The notes under the pieces: generated by a model
Databases searched by the model: none
What the model was told of the DNA's origin: nothing
The model's input: only the letters and a program-made list of their open reading frames with translations
Shown: positions 30,064 through 40,908 of the stretch, piece after piece
Numbering within the stretch: the stretch's first letter is position 1
Layout of the letters: every line of letters begins with the position of its first letter
Translations under genes and position numbers: made by a program
DNA from: a bacterium
GTDB taxonomy: Bacteria > UBA8248
NCBI GenBank assembly: GCA_965219955.1
Contig: OZ244799.1
Span: forward strand, 2,208,001-2,272,000
Length of the DNA: 64,000 bases
Reading direction: 5' to 3'

Positions 30064-30204
30064 GCGGGTGGCGGATTTTATTCTGCCGTCTCCTGGTGGA
30101 TCGTCACTTTTCCCGGTCTCGCCATAACGATTACGGTGATGGCTACGAATCTCGTCGGAGACTGGCTGCGGAATTACCTGGACCCGCGATTCAAGGCTCG
30201 CTGA
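30064..30204 (+). pseudogene. C-terminal fragment of a DppC/OppC ABC permease
   Basis: Translates ...SWWIVTFPGLAITITVMATNLVGDWLRNYLDPRFKAR-stop; in-frame stop at 30007 upstream; rest of gene absent. Confidence 0.8.
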
Positions 30205-30222
30205 TCATACCGCTTCAGCTTC

Positions 30223-31314
30223 TTATTTCGGCGTCGCCGCCTGCGCCTGGGGCGCCTCTTTTTCTTCTGCAGCCGCTTTCGGTGCGCCGATTCCGACGGC
30301 GGCGCGTACCTGACCGTCGATATCCGAGAAAATATCCGCATTCTCGCTCAAGAACCGCTTCACGTTCTCGCGCCCCTGGCCGATGCGCTCCTCGCCATAG
30401 GAGTACCATGCTCCCGTCTTGGCGACGATGCCCTTTTCGACGGCCAGATCGAGCACGTCGCCTTCTCTCGAGACGCCGCGCCCGAACATGATGTCGAATT
30501 CCGCCGTGCGGAACGGGGGAGCGAGCTTGTTCTTCACCACGCGCACCCGCGTCCTGTTGCCCACGTTGTTCTCGCCTTCCTTGATCGCGGCGATGCGCCG
30601 GATGTCCAGGCGCACGGAGGAGTAGAATTTGAGCGCGTTTCCGCCCGAAGTGGTTTCCGGGTTGCCGAACATCACGCCGATCTTCATGCGGATCTGGTTG
30701 ATAAAGATGAAACACGTGTTGCTGCGATGCACCACGCCCGTGAGCTTGCGAAGCGCCTGGCTCATGAGCCGCGCCTGGAGGCCGACGTGGTGGTCCCCCA
30801 TGTCTCCTTCGAGTTCCGCCTTGGGCACCAAAGCGGCCACGGAGTCGATGACGACCACGTCGAGCGAGCCGCTGCTCGTCAGAATCTCGGCGATCTCCAG
30901 GGCCTGCTCGCCCGTATCGGGCTGGGAGACGATGAGGTTGTCCGTCTGCACACCGAGCGCCTTGGCGTAAATCGGATCCAGCGCGTGCTCCGCATCCACG
31001 AAGGCGGCCATTCCGCCGCCCCGCTGCACTTCCGCGATAATTTGCAGCGCGATGGTCGTCTTGCCCGAGGACTCGGGGCCGAATATCTCCACGATGCGCC
31101 CGCGCGGCACGCCTCCGCAGCCCAGGGCGGCGTCGAGCGATACCGAACCGGTGGAAATGGCCGGAATCGCCTCCACGCCCGGCCCTTCGCCCAGGCGCAT
31201 GATGGAGCCTTTGCCGAATTGGCGGTTGATCTGGTTGAATGCCATGTCCAGCGCCTTCTCGCGGCGCTCACGCCCTTGCGGGTTCTCGGAGGGGGACCCG
31301 TTTTTGAGGTTCAT
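30223..31314 (-). CDS. recA: Recombinase RecA
   Basis: [28 protein letters not shown] and GGNALKFY motifs; start placed at MNLKNG. Confidence 0.99.
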   Translation of the reverse strand: MNLKNGSPSENPQGRERREKALDMAFNQINRQFGKGSIMRLGEGPGVEAIPAISTGSVSLDAALGCGGVPRGRIVEIFGPESSGKTTIALQIIAEVQRGGGMAAFVDAEHALDPIYAKALGVQTDNLIVSQPDTGEQALEIAEILTSSGSLDVVVIDSVAALVPKAELEGDMGDHHVGLQARLMSQALRKLTGVVHRSNTCFIFINQIRMKIGVMFGNPETTSGGNALKFYSSVRLDIRRIAAIKEGENNVGNRTRVRVVKNKLAPPFRTAEFDIMFGRGVSREGDVLDLAVEKGIVAKTGAWYSYGEERIGQGRENVKRFLSENADIFSDIDGQVRAAVGIGAPKAAAEEKEAPQAQAATPK

Positions 31315-31754
31315 CGGAAAACTCCCTTGGATGGAGGAATGCGCACCGGTTCGGGCGATGGCGGACATAGAGTGAATGTAGGGGATCGATCCGTTTTCTG
31401 CAATACGGCAAACACCACTGCTTCCAAACGCGCTTTTGTGGAGAAAGCCCCATTCCCTCGTCTATCCATGGTTCCCAACTACGGCGGTGGTTGACTTTCG
31501 CTAAACATACGTGAAACGGCCCTGCAGATCAAGTATAAAAAGCGAAAATTCTCGCAGGAAAACTGTTTTCACCTCTCATTGCGGGTGTGAACGGGGTGTT
31601 CATGAGGAAAATACCATTCTTTGCGGGTTCCGCAGATCGTTGAGGTGAACCCCTGTCCTCATCAGGCGTGTATCAATACAAGCCGGCGGATTTTCAGCGC
31701 TTGCCGTTCCGGGTGGTATCAGACGCCACGAAACGGGTGAACCGCCCGCCGCGC

Positions 31755-32330
31755 CTAGTGAAAAGTCACCTTTTCCAGCACGGTGTGAATGGCGCCGGAG
31801 GGGTTGAGTTCGCTCCTGAACAAGACCGCCTCGCGCGCGCGGCAGACGAGAGGGGGCGTCAACCATCGCTGTTCGGCGATTTCAAGCTCTCCCTCGAGTC
31901 CCGCCGGCGGGCGGTCGCGGGACCGGCGGCGGGCGATCGTCAGATGCGGGCGGAATTGCCCTTCGCCGAGGGGGAACCCCGCTTCGGCCAGATGACGAGA
32001 AAGACAGGACTCGAGTTTCGCCAGTGGTTCCGGCAATTCCGAGGGCCCCGCCCAGAGCACGCCCGGACGCTTGAGATGCGGGAAAACGCCGAAACGATCG
32101 ACCGAAATATCGAAAGCAGAGACGCCCTCGCCCGCACGGCGCAGCGCCTCAGAGGCTGCCCCGGCCTGCGCATCCTCGATGTCGCCCAAAAAGCGCAGCG
32201 TGAGATGGATGTTCTTCGGCCTCATCCAGCGGAAATCATCAAGAGCCGGCATGGTGGCAAGCGATTCTTGAAGCGATTCCAGCTTTTCGTGTTCATCCGG
32301 GCTGAACGGAATCGCCAGGAATGCGCGCAT
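31755..32330 (-). CDS. thpR: RNA 2',3'-cyclic phosphodiesterase (2H family)
   Basis: MRAFLAI start and two HxT motifs (IHLTL, PHLTI). Confidence 0.93.
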   Translation of the reverse strand: MRAFLAIPFSPDEHEKLESLQESLATMPALDDFRWMRPKNIHLTLRFLGDIEDAQAGAASEALRRAGEGVSAFDISVDRFGVFPHLKRPGVLWAGPSELPEPLAKLESCLSRHLAEAGFPLGEGQFRPHLTIARRRSRDRPPAGLEGELEIAEQRWLTPPLVCRAREAVLFRSELNPSGAIHTVLEKVTFH

Positions 32331-32551
32331 GGAGAACCTCCTTCACGAGGGCGAACCGACGAGGGGTGCGAAAACCATGCCGCCGGATACCGGACCGGAC
32401 GCAGGGAATTCCATTGCCAAAGTCAGCCGAGGCCGCAAGAACGCCCCCTCTCCCCTCTTGTCCGGAAGTACGCTGCACTCACGCCGCATCAAAGGCTTCG
32501 GGGACATCGCACACCGTCGTTCCGCCCCAAAAACAACGATAATCCGCATCT

Positions 32552-33049
32552 TCACGCCTCATCAAACCCTTCCAGGGCGTCACGCGTCATCTCGAGCGCG
32601 GCTTCCGCCGTCTGGGCCTTCACTTCCAGACGGGAGCCTTCAAACAGGTGGTGTCGACAATCGGTGCCGGAAAGTGTGGCGACGGCCATATACACCGTTC
32701 CCACCGGCTTCTCGGGAGTTCCCCCCGTGGGACCGGCAATGCCCGTGACGGAGAGTCCGACTTCGCTCCCCGCCGCCGCACGAGCACCCTCCGCCATGGC
32801 GCGCGCGCAGGCTTCGCTCACCGCTCCCGGCCCGCCCTCGGTCGCCACGATATCTTTCGATACGCCCAGAAGCCTCATTTTCGCTTCGTTGCTGTAGGTG
32901 ACGAAGCCCTGCTCGAAATAAGCGGAACTGCCGGAAACATCCGTGATGCGGCTGGCTATGAGGCCGCCCGTGCAACTCTCCGCCGTGGCGATGCGCCAGC
33001 CTTTATTACTGAGATACGCCCCGAGCCACTCTTCCAGGGATTCCGTCAT
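32552..33049 (-). CDS. pncC: CinA C-terminal domain / NMN deamidase PncC
   Basis: AESCTGG, GSSAYF, VTYSNEAK and TGIAGPTGG..EKPVG motifs. Confidence 0.9.
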   Translation of the reverse strand: MTESLEEWLGAYLSNKGWRIATAESCTGGLIASRITDVSGSSAYFEQGFVTYSNEAKMRLLGVSKDIVATEGGPGAVSEACARAMAEGARAAAGSEVGLSVTGIAGPTGGTPEKPVGTVYMAVATLSGTDCRHHLFEGSRLEVKAQTAEAALEMTRDALEGFDEA

Positions 33050-33067
33050 TTTCCTGCATCCCCCAAA

Positions 33068-33538
33068 TCAGACAGCCCCAAAGTACGACAAAGCGAATAA
33101 AACCACCCAAGCGATAATTCCCGCGGCGACGTCGTCCGCCACGATGCCCACACCGCCCGGCAGCCCTTCGAGGCGTCGAACCGGCGGCAACTTGATAATG
33201 TCAAAAATACGAAAAAGGAAAAAGCCCGCCACCAGAGCACCCGGGCCCGGCTCGACTCCGATGAAGCAGATGAACTGGCCCACCCATTCATCCACGACGA
33301 TCTCGGGGGGGTCTTGCCGGCTTGTACTCGCCTCATATTTACCGGCGCCCCATACGGCGACGGGAATCAGGAAGATCAGAAACAGGAGGGGAACATAGGG
33401 GTTGACCTGATAAAACAGAAAATACGCCAGAACGGCGACGAGAGAAGCGACCGTACCCGGGGCCACAGGAACCAGCCCGAGGCCGCCCAACGTGGCGACG
33501 AGCCGGGGCAAGGCCTCGCTCTCGTCTTGACGGCTCAT
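33068..33538 (-). CDS. pgpA: Phosphatidylglycerophosphatase A
   Basis: APGT, DP.EIVVDE, FRIFDIIK and GGVGIVADD motifs. Confidence 0.95.
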   Translation of the reverse strand: MSRQDESEALPRLVATLGGLGLVPVAPGTVASLVAVLAYFLFYQVNPYVPLLFLIFLIPVAVWGAGKYEASTSRQDPPEIVVDEWVGQFICFIGVEPGPGALVAGFFLFRIFDIIKLPPVRRLEGLPGGVGIVADDVAAGIIAWVVLFALSYFGAV

Positions 33539-33543
33539 TGATT

Positions 33544-34713
33544 CTACTGGCTTGTGCGGGTTCCGTTCAGCCGGGAGGAGGCGTATTCTCTGGCCCAGCG
33601 ATCCACCTCCAGAATCGTCCCCAGATCATTCGCCTCCATCTTCTCGTGGGCCTGCAATGCGGCCCCCACCACGTCCGGTATATCCATGAATTTCGATGCG
33701 CCCGACAGGAACGAAGCGACGGCCACCTCGTTCGCCGCATTGAGGACGGCGGGGGCCGTCCCCCCTTCGCGCATCGCGTCTTTCGCATGAGTGAGGCAGG
33801 GAAACCGCTCGGGATCCGGCTCTTCGAACGTCAGGGAACCAATCTGCCCCAAATCGAGTCTCGGCGCCTCGATGGGCAACCTTTCCGGAGAAAAGATAGC
33901 CTGTGCGATGGGAATCCGCATGTCGGGCATGCTCATTTGCGCCACGCAGCTGCCGTCGACGAATTCCACCATGGCGTGCACGATGCTTTGCGGGTGAACC
34001 AGCACGTCCACTTGTTCCGGCTTCAGACCGAACAGCCAGCGCGCCTCGATGATTTCAAAACCTTTGTTCATCATGGATGCGGAATCTATCGTAATCTTGG
34101 GGCCCATTTTCCAGTTCGGATGATTCAACGCCTCTTCAAGGCTCACTTTCTTCATCGCCACGATCGAATGGTTCCGAAAAGGTCCGCCCGACGCCGTAAG
34201 CACGATCCGCTCCACCTGGGATTGCGGCCTGTCTGCGAGCGCCTGCGCCACGCCCGCATGCTCGCTGTCGACCGGGAGCAATTCGACTTCAAGAGCCGAA
34301 GCGCGCGACATCACAAGCTCCCCCGCCATGACCAGCACTTCTTTGTTCGCAAGCGCGATCGAGGCGCCCGCGTCGATGGCGGCCAGCGTCGGCGGGAGTC
34401 CCGCCGCGCCCACCAAGGCGGATACAACGAGGCCCGCGCCCGCGCCCGCGGCCACTTCCCTCAAACCCTCCTCCCCCGAAAGCACCTTGATTTCGGGGGA
34501 GAGCGCACCCTCAACGCGCTTCGCGTCCATATCATCGGCCACGGATACAATATCAGGCCGGAACCGCCTGGCCTGCTCAACAAGCCGCTCCCAGTTTCTT
34601 CCGGCGGCAAGCGCCACAACGTCGATTCCGTCGGGAAACTGCGCCACGACATCCAGAGCGTTTTCCCCGATGCTGCCGGTAGAACCCAATATGGAGATTT
34701 TTCGCCGCTCCAT
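33544..34713 (-). CDS. dxr: 1-deoxy-D-xylulose-5-phosphate reductoisomerase
   Basis: ILGSTGSIG, LANKE, PVDSEH, HPNWKMG and NAANEVAV motifs. Confidence 0.97.
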   Translation of the reverse strand: MERRKISILGSTGSIGENALDVVAQFPDGIDVVALAAGRNWERLVEQARRFRPDIVSVADDMDAKRVEGALSPEIKVLSGEEGLREVAAGAGAGLVVSALVGAAGLPPTLAAIDAGASIALANKEVLVMAGELVMSRASALEVELLPVDSEHAGVAQALADRPQSQVERIVLTASGGPFRNHSIVAMKKVSLEEALNHPNWKMGPKITIDSASMMNKGFEIIEARWLFGLKPEQVDVLVHPQSIVHAMVEFVDGSCVAQMSMPDMRIPIAQAIFSPERLPIEAPRLDLGQIGSLTFEEPDPERFPCLTHAKDAMREGGTAPAVLNAANEVAVASFLSGASKFMDIPDVVGAALQAHEKMEANDLGTILEVDRWAREYASSRLNGTRTSQ

Positions 34714-34741
34714 TACACGCTCACCCCCGATGCGCGGTGAC

Positions 34742-35533
34742 TCAAAACCGTACCCAGTACAAGTAACCATAAAACGCAGGGCCCGCCATGAGCAAACCAT
34801 CAATTCTATCGAGCAGGCCCCCATGACCCGGGATGATGTCGGACGCGTCCTTTTGCCCGGCCGCGCGCTTCAGGATCGATTCACCCAAATCCCCTGCCAG
34901 CGCGAACAGCCCGATACCACCCGAAACAGGAATCGCGAGCCACGGGTCGACCCCGGGAACATCCATATAGAACGCCGTGAGGATGCCCGCGAGGACCCCG
35001 GCGAGGATTCCTCCGATTGCGCCTTCCAGGGTTTTCCCGGGACTGATCCTCGGGGCGATTTTTCTTTTCCCCAGCGTCTTGCCCGTGAACATCGCCGCGA
35101 TATCGTTCGCCCAGACGATGACGAACAAAAAGAAGACGGCCTCCATACCTCCCGGAAAGGTTCTGGTAAGCGCAATCAAACCGCCTGCTCCGCCCACCCA
35201 AATCACGCCGAGAAGTGACACCCCCGTCAAGGAAAGGCTTTCCCGAAAGGCCTGGTACGAAAACGCCTTGAGGAAGACACGAAGCAGAATGACCGCCAGG
35301 ACCAACGGCGGCAAAAAGCCGCCCACCCATACGGCGAGCACGAATGCGCAGGCATCCACGGCTCCTTCCCAGGCTCTCACGCGCCAGCCGCAAAGGTTGA
35401 TGAGGCTCTGGAACTCCCAGCCTGCGCGGAAAACGAGCAGAAGCACCACACAGAGAAAAATGGTCGAGGAGGAAAAAAACAAGACGGCGAGAATGGGCGC
35501 CGCAAGCACCAGGGCGCTTATGAGGCGGGTCAA
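34742..35533 (-). CDS. cdsA: Phosphatidate cytidylyltransferase
   Basis: ISPGKTLEG, GDLGES..KR and PGHGGLLDRID motifs. Confidence 0.95.
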   Translation of the reverse strand: MTRLISALVLAAPILAVLFFSSSTIFLCVVLLLVFRAGWEFQSLINLCGWRVRAWEGAVDACAFVLAVWVGGFLPPLVLAVILLRVFLKAFSYQAFRESLSLTGVSLLGVIWVGGAGGLIALTRTFPGGMEAVFFLFVIVWANDIAAMFTGKTLGKRKIAPRISPGKTLEGAIGGILAGVLAGILTAFYMDVPGVDPWLAIPVSGGIGLFALAGDLGESILKRAAGQKDASDIIPGHGGLLDRIDGLLMAGPAFYGYLYWVRF

Positions 35534-35536
35534 AAC

Positions 35537-36295
35537 CTAGTTTCTCCGGGTCGTGAACTGCTCCTCGGTGAGACCGAATTTCCGCACCCGGGACTGATAG
35601 GCGAGGATGGCGTCTTCGAGCTCGCGTTCTGCGAATTCCGGCCACTTGATATCCGTAAAATACAATTCCGCATACGCCGCCTGCCAAAGAAGATAGTTGG
35701 AAAGCCTCAGTTCGCCGCTGGTTCGAATCAAGAGGTCGAGTTTGGGCAAATCCGCCGTGTACAGATGGCGCTCGATGTCATTCTCATCGATTTCCTCGGG
35801 CTGAAGAATGCCTTTTTGCACTTCCCGGGATATGGCTCTCGCCGCGTCGGTAATTTCCCGGCGCGCGCCGTAGCTCAACGCCAAGGTCAAAACCATTCCG
35901 TCCTGATCCGCCGTCTGCTCCTTCACGCGCTGGACAATTTCCTGCGCGAACAAGGGCAAATCCTCTTCGTGCCCAATCGTGTTGAAACGGATGCCCTCCC
36001 TGAGCATCCTTTGAAGTTCGCGCTCGAGATAATCCGCCAGAATGTCCATGAGCGCGTCTACTTCGTCCTTGGGTCTGTTCCAGTTCTCCAGGGAAAAACT
36101 GTACAGGGTGAGGGCCTTGACGCCGATGCGGCGCGCATGCGCCACCACCCTGTCGACGGACTTCACGCCCTCCCGGTGGCCGGCGACCCTGGGGAGGAAC
36201 CGCTTCTGGGCCCAGCGGCCGTTACCGTCCATGATAACGCCGATATGGCGCGGGAGCCGCTCGAGATCGATGCGTGGGTCGATGCGAGATTCCAT
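35537..36295 (-). CDS. uppS: Undecaprenyl diphosphate synthase
   Basis: IMDGNGRWA, FSLENWNRP and RTSGE.RLSNYLLWQ motifs. Confidence 0.97.
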   Translation of the reverse strand: MESRIDPRIDLERLPRHIGVIMDGNGRWAQKRFLPRVAGHREGVKSVDRVVAHARRIGVKALTLYSFSLENWNRPKDEVDALMDILADYLERELQRMLREGIRFNTIGHEEDLPLFAQEIVQRVKEQTADQDGMVLTLALSYGARREITDAARAISREVQKGILQPEEIDENDIERHLYTADLPKLDLLIRTSGELRLSNYLLWQAAYAELYFTDIKWPEFAERELEDAILAYQSRVRKFGLTEEQFTTRRN

Positions 36296-36313
36296 ACGCG
36301 CTCCGGTGATAAA

Positions 36314-36868
36314 CTAGACCTCAAGAATCTCTTTCTCTTTTGCCGAAAGCAAGTCGTCCAATTCGGAGACGAACTGATCGGTCAGCTTCTGGACATCGCC
36401 CTGTCCTTTTCTGAGGTCATCCTCGGTAATATCTTTGCTCTTCTCGAGGTTTTTCATGTCATCGTTGCCATCGCGCCGAATGTTGCGAAGCGCCACCTTG
36501 TGATCCTCGGTCATCTTCTTGAGCAGTTTCACCATCTCCTTGCGGCGTTCTTCGGTGAGCGCCGGCACCGGCACGCGGATGATCTTGCCGTCGTTCGAAG
36601 GGTTCAGGCCCAGTTCCGCCGATTGAATCGCCTTTTCGATGTCGCCCAACGAGTTCATGTCGAAAGGCTGAACGATGATGAGTTGGGGTTCGGGCACGTT
36701 CAGGGTGGCAAGCTGATTCAGCGGCGTGGACATGCCATAGTAGTCGACCATCACGCCACTGATGAGATTCGTGGAAGCGCGACCAGTTCGCACGCGGGCG
36801 ATTTCAGACTTGTACGACTCCAGCGTGGACTGCATTCTATTCTTTAACGCGGCGAGAACCTCATCCAT
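36314..36868 (-). CDS. frr: Ribosome recycling factor
   Basis: RTGRA, LGLNP.NDG, LTEERRKE and RNIRRD motifs. Confidence 0.98.
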   Translation of the reverse strand: MDEVLAALKNRMQSTLESYKSEIARVRTGRASTNLISGVMVDYYGMSTPLNQLATLNVPEPQLIIVQPFDMNSLGDIEKAIQSAELGLNPSNDGKIIRVPVPALTEERRKEMVKLLKKMTEDHKVALRNIRRDGNDDMKNLEKSKDITEDDLRKGQGDVQKLTDQFVSELDDLLSAKEKEILEV

Positions 36869-36970
36869 GTACCATCTCCCCCTGTGTTACAAACACAAGA
36901 TCATCACCTCACACCCTCGGCCAAATCCTCTCGCGCGCGCTGAATCCGGGCAGACACGACCCGCAACGCA

Positions 36971-37711
36971 TCAGACCTCGGCGGCCTTCACCAAAGTCCC
37001 CACCTGCTTGCCCTCCACTACGCGGCGGATGTTGCCGGGCTTCAGCAGGTTAAAGACAATAATGGGCAAATTGTTATCCATGCACAAGCTCACGGCGGTG
37101 GTGTCCATGACGGCGAGTTGGCGGTTGAGCACCTCGATATACGTCAACTGATCGATGAACTCGGCCGTATCGTCCTGATGGGGATCGGCGGAGAAAACAC
37201 CATCCACGTTCGTGGCTTTGAGAATGCACTCCGCACCCACTTCTATGGCTCTCAGGCTCGCGGTGGTATCCGTCGTGAAGTAGGGATTCCCGGTGCCTCC
37301 CGCGAAAATGACGACCCGGCCTTTTTCCATGTGGCGTATCGCACGCCTTCTGATGTAGGGCTCGCACAATTCGGCCATGTGAATGGCGCTCTGGACGCGC
37401 GTGGCGAGGTCCGCCTTTTCGAGAGCATGCTGAAGAGCCAAAGCGTTGATGACCGTGCCGAGCATGCCCATATAGTCGGCGTTGGTACGCTCCATCCCGG
37501 CAGCGGCGGCGGCGGCGCCCCGGAAGATGTTCCCTCCACCCACGACGATGGTGACTTCTACTCCCATCGTATGGATTTCATGAATTTCCTGCGCTATGTC
37601 GTCAACGACGTTATGGTCGATCCCGTACTTGAGTTCTCCTCCCAGGGCTTCGCCTGAGAGTTTGAGCAGGATCCTCTTGAATCGCAGGTCGCCGCGCATG
37701 GACATCCCCAA
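36971..37711 (-). CDS. pyrH: UMP kinase
   Basis: [17 protein letters not shown] and GNPYFTTDT motifs; exact start uncertain. Confidence 0.97.
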   Translation of the reverse strand: MGMSMRGDLRFKRILLKLSGEALGGELKYGIDHNVVDDIAQEIHEIHTMGVEVTIVVGGGNIFRGAAAAAAGMERTNADYMGMLGTVINALALQHALEKADLATRVQSAIHMAELCEPYIRRRAIRHMEKGRVVIFAGGTGNPYFTTDTTASLRAIEVGAECILKATNVDGVFSADPHQDDTAEFIDQLTYIEVLNRQLAVMDTTAVSLCMDNNLPIIVFNLLKPGNIRRVVEGKQVGTLVKAAEV

Positions 37712-37761
37712 TTATTTCAAGCCAATGACAACCGACGGTGCGAATCATGCGTCAGAAGGGC

Positions 37762-38631
37762 CTACCCATCGTCCGACGCGGAAAGTTCGCCGAGTTGAAA
37801 GCGAGCCCAGGAAGAAACCCGAATTTCTTCTCCCGACTCCGCGCTTCTATCCTTGAGATACGCCTGAACCGTCTTGTCGGGATCCTTGACGAACGGCTGA
37901 TCGAGCAGGCAAATCTCTTTCTTGTACTTCTTGATGCGCCCTTCGACGATTTTCTCCAGAATGTTCTCGGGCTTTCCTGAATCCTTCTGCTGGGCCAGAA
38001 GAATCTCGCGCTCACTCTGGAGAACCACTTCCGGCACCTGATCCTCGGAGAGGTACCGGGGGCTGCTCGCCGCAATGTGCATCGCCAAATCGCGCGCCGT
38101 CTCGACAAATGCGGCATCACCCGCATTCCCGGGCGTTTCACATTTCACCTCGAGCAAAACGCCTATCCGGCCGCCCGGATGAATATAGGAAACCACCCTG
38201 CCCGAGTCGCCGTTTCCCAGGGCGAGACGCTCCCCGCGGGCGACGACGATGTTCTCGCCCAGCTTGGCGATGGCCTCCGTGGTCACCTCTTTGAGCGCCC
38301 CGGCGAGGTTTTCTCCTCCATTGTCCTTCGCGTGGTTCGCGACGGTTTCGAGAAGCGCCTGAAAGTCCTCCGTACGGGCCACGAAATCGGTCTCGCAATT
38401 CACCTCGACGATGACGCCCATGCGCCCGTCTTCACCAAGGGAAGCGTATACCTGTCCCTCGCTCGCCGTACGCCCCGCCTTTTTGGCGGCGCTGGAAAGT
38501 CCTTTTTCCCTTAAATAGCGCACCGCCTCTTCGAAATCCCCCTCATTCTCCTTGAGGGCTTCCTTGCAATCCATGATGCCCGCACCGGTGCGGGTTCTCA
38601 ACTCCTTGACCATCTGAGCGGTAACTTCCAT
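37762..38631 (-). CDS. tsf: Elongation factor Ts
   Basis: VKELR..TGAG.MDCK, EVNCETDFVA and AMHIAA motifs. Confidence 0.98.
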   Translation of the reverse strand: MEVTAQMVKELRTRTGAGIMDCKEALKENEGDFEEAVRYLREKGLSSAAKKAGRTASEGQVYASLGEDGRMGVIVEVNCETDFVARTEDFQALLETVANHAKDNGGENLAGALKEVTTEAIAKLGENIVVARGERLALGNGDSGRVVSYIHPGGRIGVLLEVKCETPGNAGDAAFVETARDLAMHIAASSPRYLSEDQVPEVVLQSEREILLAQQKDSGKPENILEKIVEGRIKKYKKEICLLDQPFVKDPDKTVQAYLKDRSAESGEEIRVSSWARFQLGELSASDDG

Positions 38632-38680
38632 GCCCTGAACCTCTCCTCATGAAATCCGGCTGTTGCTGAAAATATAATGG

Positions 38681-39475
38681 TTATTTTTCCGCCTTCGTTT
38701 CTCCGCCGCCCGCCGCGGCCGCCATCATCTCCGCCGCTACCGTGTCGCCCGAGGCGACGACGGCTTCGACGTCCTCGGCCCCCGTCTCCTTGCGCAGGGT
38801 GACACCCTCGGCGATGGCCTCCGCAACCCGCGACACGAAGAAGCGAATCGAGCGCAAGGCGTCGTCATTTCCAGGCAATACGTGATCCACCCCGTCGGGG
38901 TCGCAATTCGTGTCTACGACCGCGATAACGGGAATCCCCAGTTTCCTGGCCTCGCGAATGGCGTTGTACTCATGGCCCGTATCAATGACGAACATGGCTT
39001 GCGGCAACTTGTCCATATGCTTGATGCCGCCCAGAAATTTTTCGAGGCGAGCCATGTCCTTCTCGCGCCTGACGGCCTCTTTTTTCGCCAGAAGCTCGAA
39101 GGTGCCGTCATTCTTCATGGACTCCAGATCGAGCAGGCGAGCAATCGAGTTTTTGATCGTCGAGAAGTTCGTGAGCGTCCCGCCGAGCCAGCGCTGGGTG
39201 ACGAAGGGCATCCCCACGCTCCGGGCCTCTTCCATGACGATTTCCTGGGCCTGTTGTTTCGTCCCCACAAAAAGCACTTTGCCGCCCTTCGCGGCGACAT
39301 CGCGAATCACCTCCCGGGCCGCGTTGAACAACTTGAGGGTTTTTTGGAGGTCGATGATGTAAATCCCGTTTCGAGCGCCGAAGATATAAGGGCGCATCTT
39401 GGGGTTCCATCGGATGGTCTGGTGCCCGAAGTGGGCGCCGGCTTCCAGCAGTTCTCTCAATGTAATCGGGGTCAC
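38681..39475 (-). CDS. rpsB: 30S ribosomal protein S2
   Basis: [25 protein letters not shown] and DTNCDP motifs. Confidence 0.99.
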   Translation of the reverse strand: MTPITLRELLEAGAHFGHQTIRWNPKMRPYIFGARNGIYIIDLQKTLKLFNAAREVIRDVAAKGGKVLFVGTKQQAQEIVMEEARSVGMPFVTQRWLGGTLTNFSTIKNSIARLLDLESMKNDGTFELLAKKEAVRREKDMARLEKFLGGIKHMDKLPQAMFVIDTGHEYNAIREARKLGIPVIAVVDTNCDPDGVDHVLPGNDDALRSIRFFVSRVAEAIAEGVTLRKETGAEDVEAVVASGDTVAAEMMAAAAGGGETKAEK

Positions 39476-39671
39476 GGGAACACTCCTTTTGCCCCGCCTT
39501 TCATCGAGGGGGGCCCTGCCGGCCTCACGGCGGATGAGGCCGAATTTTCAAGCATTTGATTTTATTAGAGTAATTCGCCAATCAGCTACGCCGCCACGGC
39601 GTCCGCCAGCGTTCGGCGCATGGAATGTCTCATAAGAACCCGGACGATTCAAGTCACCGGAACAAATGCGT

Positions 39672-40892
39672 TCAAGTCTTGTAGTCCGCGTTGAACCGGA
39701 CGTATTCCGCGCTCAAATCCGTCGTCCAGAACACGGCCTCCGCATCACCGACCCCCAGGCCCAGTTCGAGGCCGTATTCGGGCTGCTTGAGCAAGGGAGC
39801 CAGCGCCTCGGTCCAACCCGGTACGGGCGCGCCGTCACTCATCACCTGCACGTTCTCGATTCGGAGAGACATCTTCTCGGGCGCCACGTCCGCGCCGCTG
39901 TAGCCGGCCGCCGCGAACATCCGTCCCCAATTGGGCATCTCGCCATGAATGGCCGTCTTCACCAGCAGGCTCTCCGAAACCGACTTCGCGGCCAGATGCG
40001 CCTGCTCCTCGCTGGCTGCGCCCGAGATTTTCACCTCCACCACCTTGTTGACGCCCTCGCCGTCGCGAACGATGGCCAGAGCCAGTTCCTTGCATACCCG
40101 GTAAAGCGCTTCCTCGAACCGCGCCAGGGCTTCCGTCGATTCGAGCGCCACGCCGGATGCGCCCGTGGCGGCCAGAATCACCGTGTCGTTCGTGGAGGTG
40201 TCGCCGTCTATCGTCACGCAGTTGAACGTTTTCCGCACCACGGCCCGAAGAACGGCCTGGAGGTCGGCTTGCGCAACCACGGCGTCGGTGGCGACGTAGG
40301 CGAGCATGGTCGCCATGTCGGGGGCGATCATGCCGGCTCCCTTGGTGATGCCGCCGATGCGGTAGACGCCCTCTGGTTCTTTCACCTGAACGGCGTACTC
40401 CTTGGGCTTCGTATCGGTCGTCATGATGCCCACGGCAGCCTCGTGGCCGTTATCCGCGGAAAGACCGGAAACCAGATTCGCGATTTGGGCCTTCATGAGT
40501 TCAACCGGGAGTGGAGCGCCGATGAGTCCGGTGGAGGACATGGCGACCTGCGCTTCCGGGCAGTCGAGCGCATCCGCCACCTCGCCGCAAAGGCTCACGG
40601 CGTCTCGGTAGCCCTGCTCGCCCGTACAGGCGTTCGCGTTGCCGCTGTTGACGAGAAACGCCCTAAGAGGCGATTTTCCGACCCGCTCCCTGCACAGGGT
40701 GACGGGAGCGGCGCACATCTTGTTCCGGGTGTAGACGCCCGCGGCGGCGGCCGGGGGGTCGAAAGCGAGCAGCACCATATCCGGATTGCCGGACGGTTTG
40801 ATGCCCGCCGTCACCGAGGCGGCGCGGACTCCCGCGGCCGCGCAAACACCGCCCTCAATCGGCTGAATGTATTCTTTTTCACTCACAACCAA
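39672..40892 (-). CDS. argJ: Bifunctional ornithine acetyltransferase ArgJ
   Basis: NSGNANACTG, KGAGMIAPDMATML, DGDTSTND and DGEG motifs. Confidence 0.97.
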   Translation of the reverse strand: MVVSEKEYIQPIEGGVCAAAGVRAASVTAGIKPSGNPDMVLLAFDPPAAAAGVYTRNKMCAAPVTLCRERVGKSPLRAFLVNSGNANACTGEQGYRDAVSLCGEVADALDCPEAQVAMSSTGLIGAPLPVELMKAQIANLVSGLSADNGHEAAVGIMTTDTKPKEYAVQVKEPEGVYRIGGITKGAGMIAPDMATMLAYVATDAVVAQADLQAVLRAVVRKTFNCVTIDGDTSTNDTVILAATGASGVALESTEALARFEEALYRVCKELALAIVRDGEGVNKVVEVKISGAASEEQAHLAAKSVSESLLVKTAIHGEMPNWGRMFAAAGYSGADVAPEKMSLRIENVQVMSDGAPVPGWTEALAPLLKQPEYGLELGLGVGDAEAVFWTTDLSAEYVRFNADYKT

Positions 40893-40908
40893 GACCCCTT
40901 CTTTTCGC

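Noticed and set aside
30223-31314. Intein in recA (also considered for dnaE)
   Set aside because: Lengths are normal and core motifs are contiguous.
32331-32551. Short ORFs between thpR and pncC
   Set aside because: No motif or RBS support; probably intergenic.
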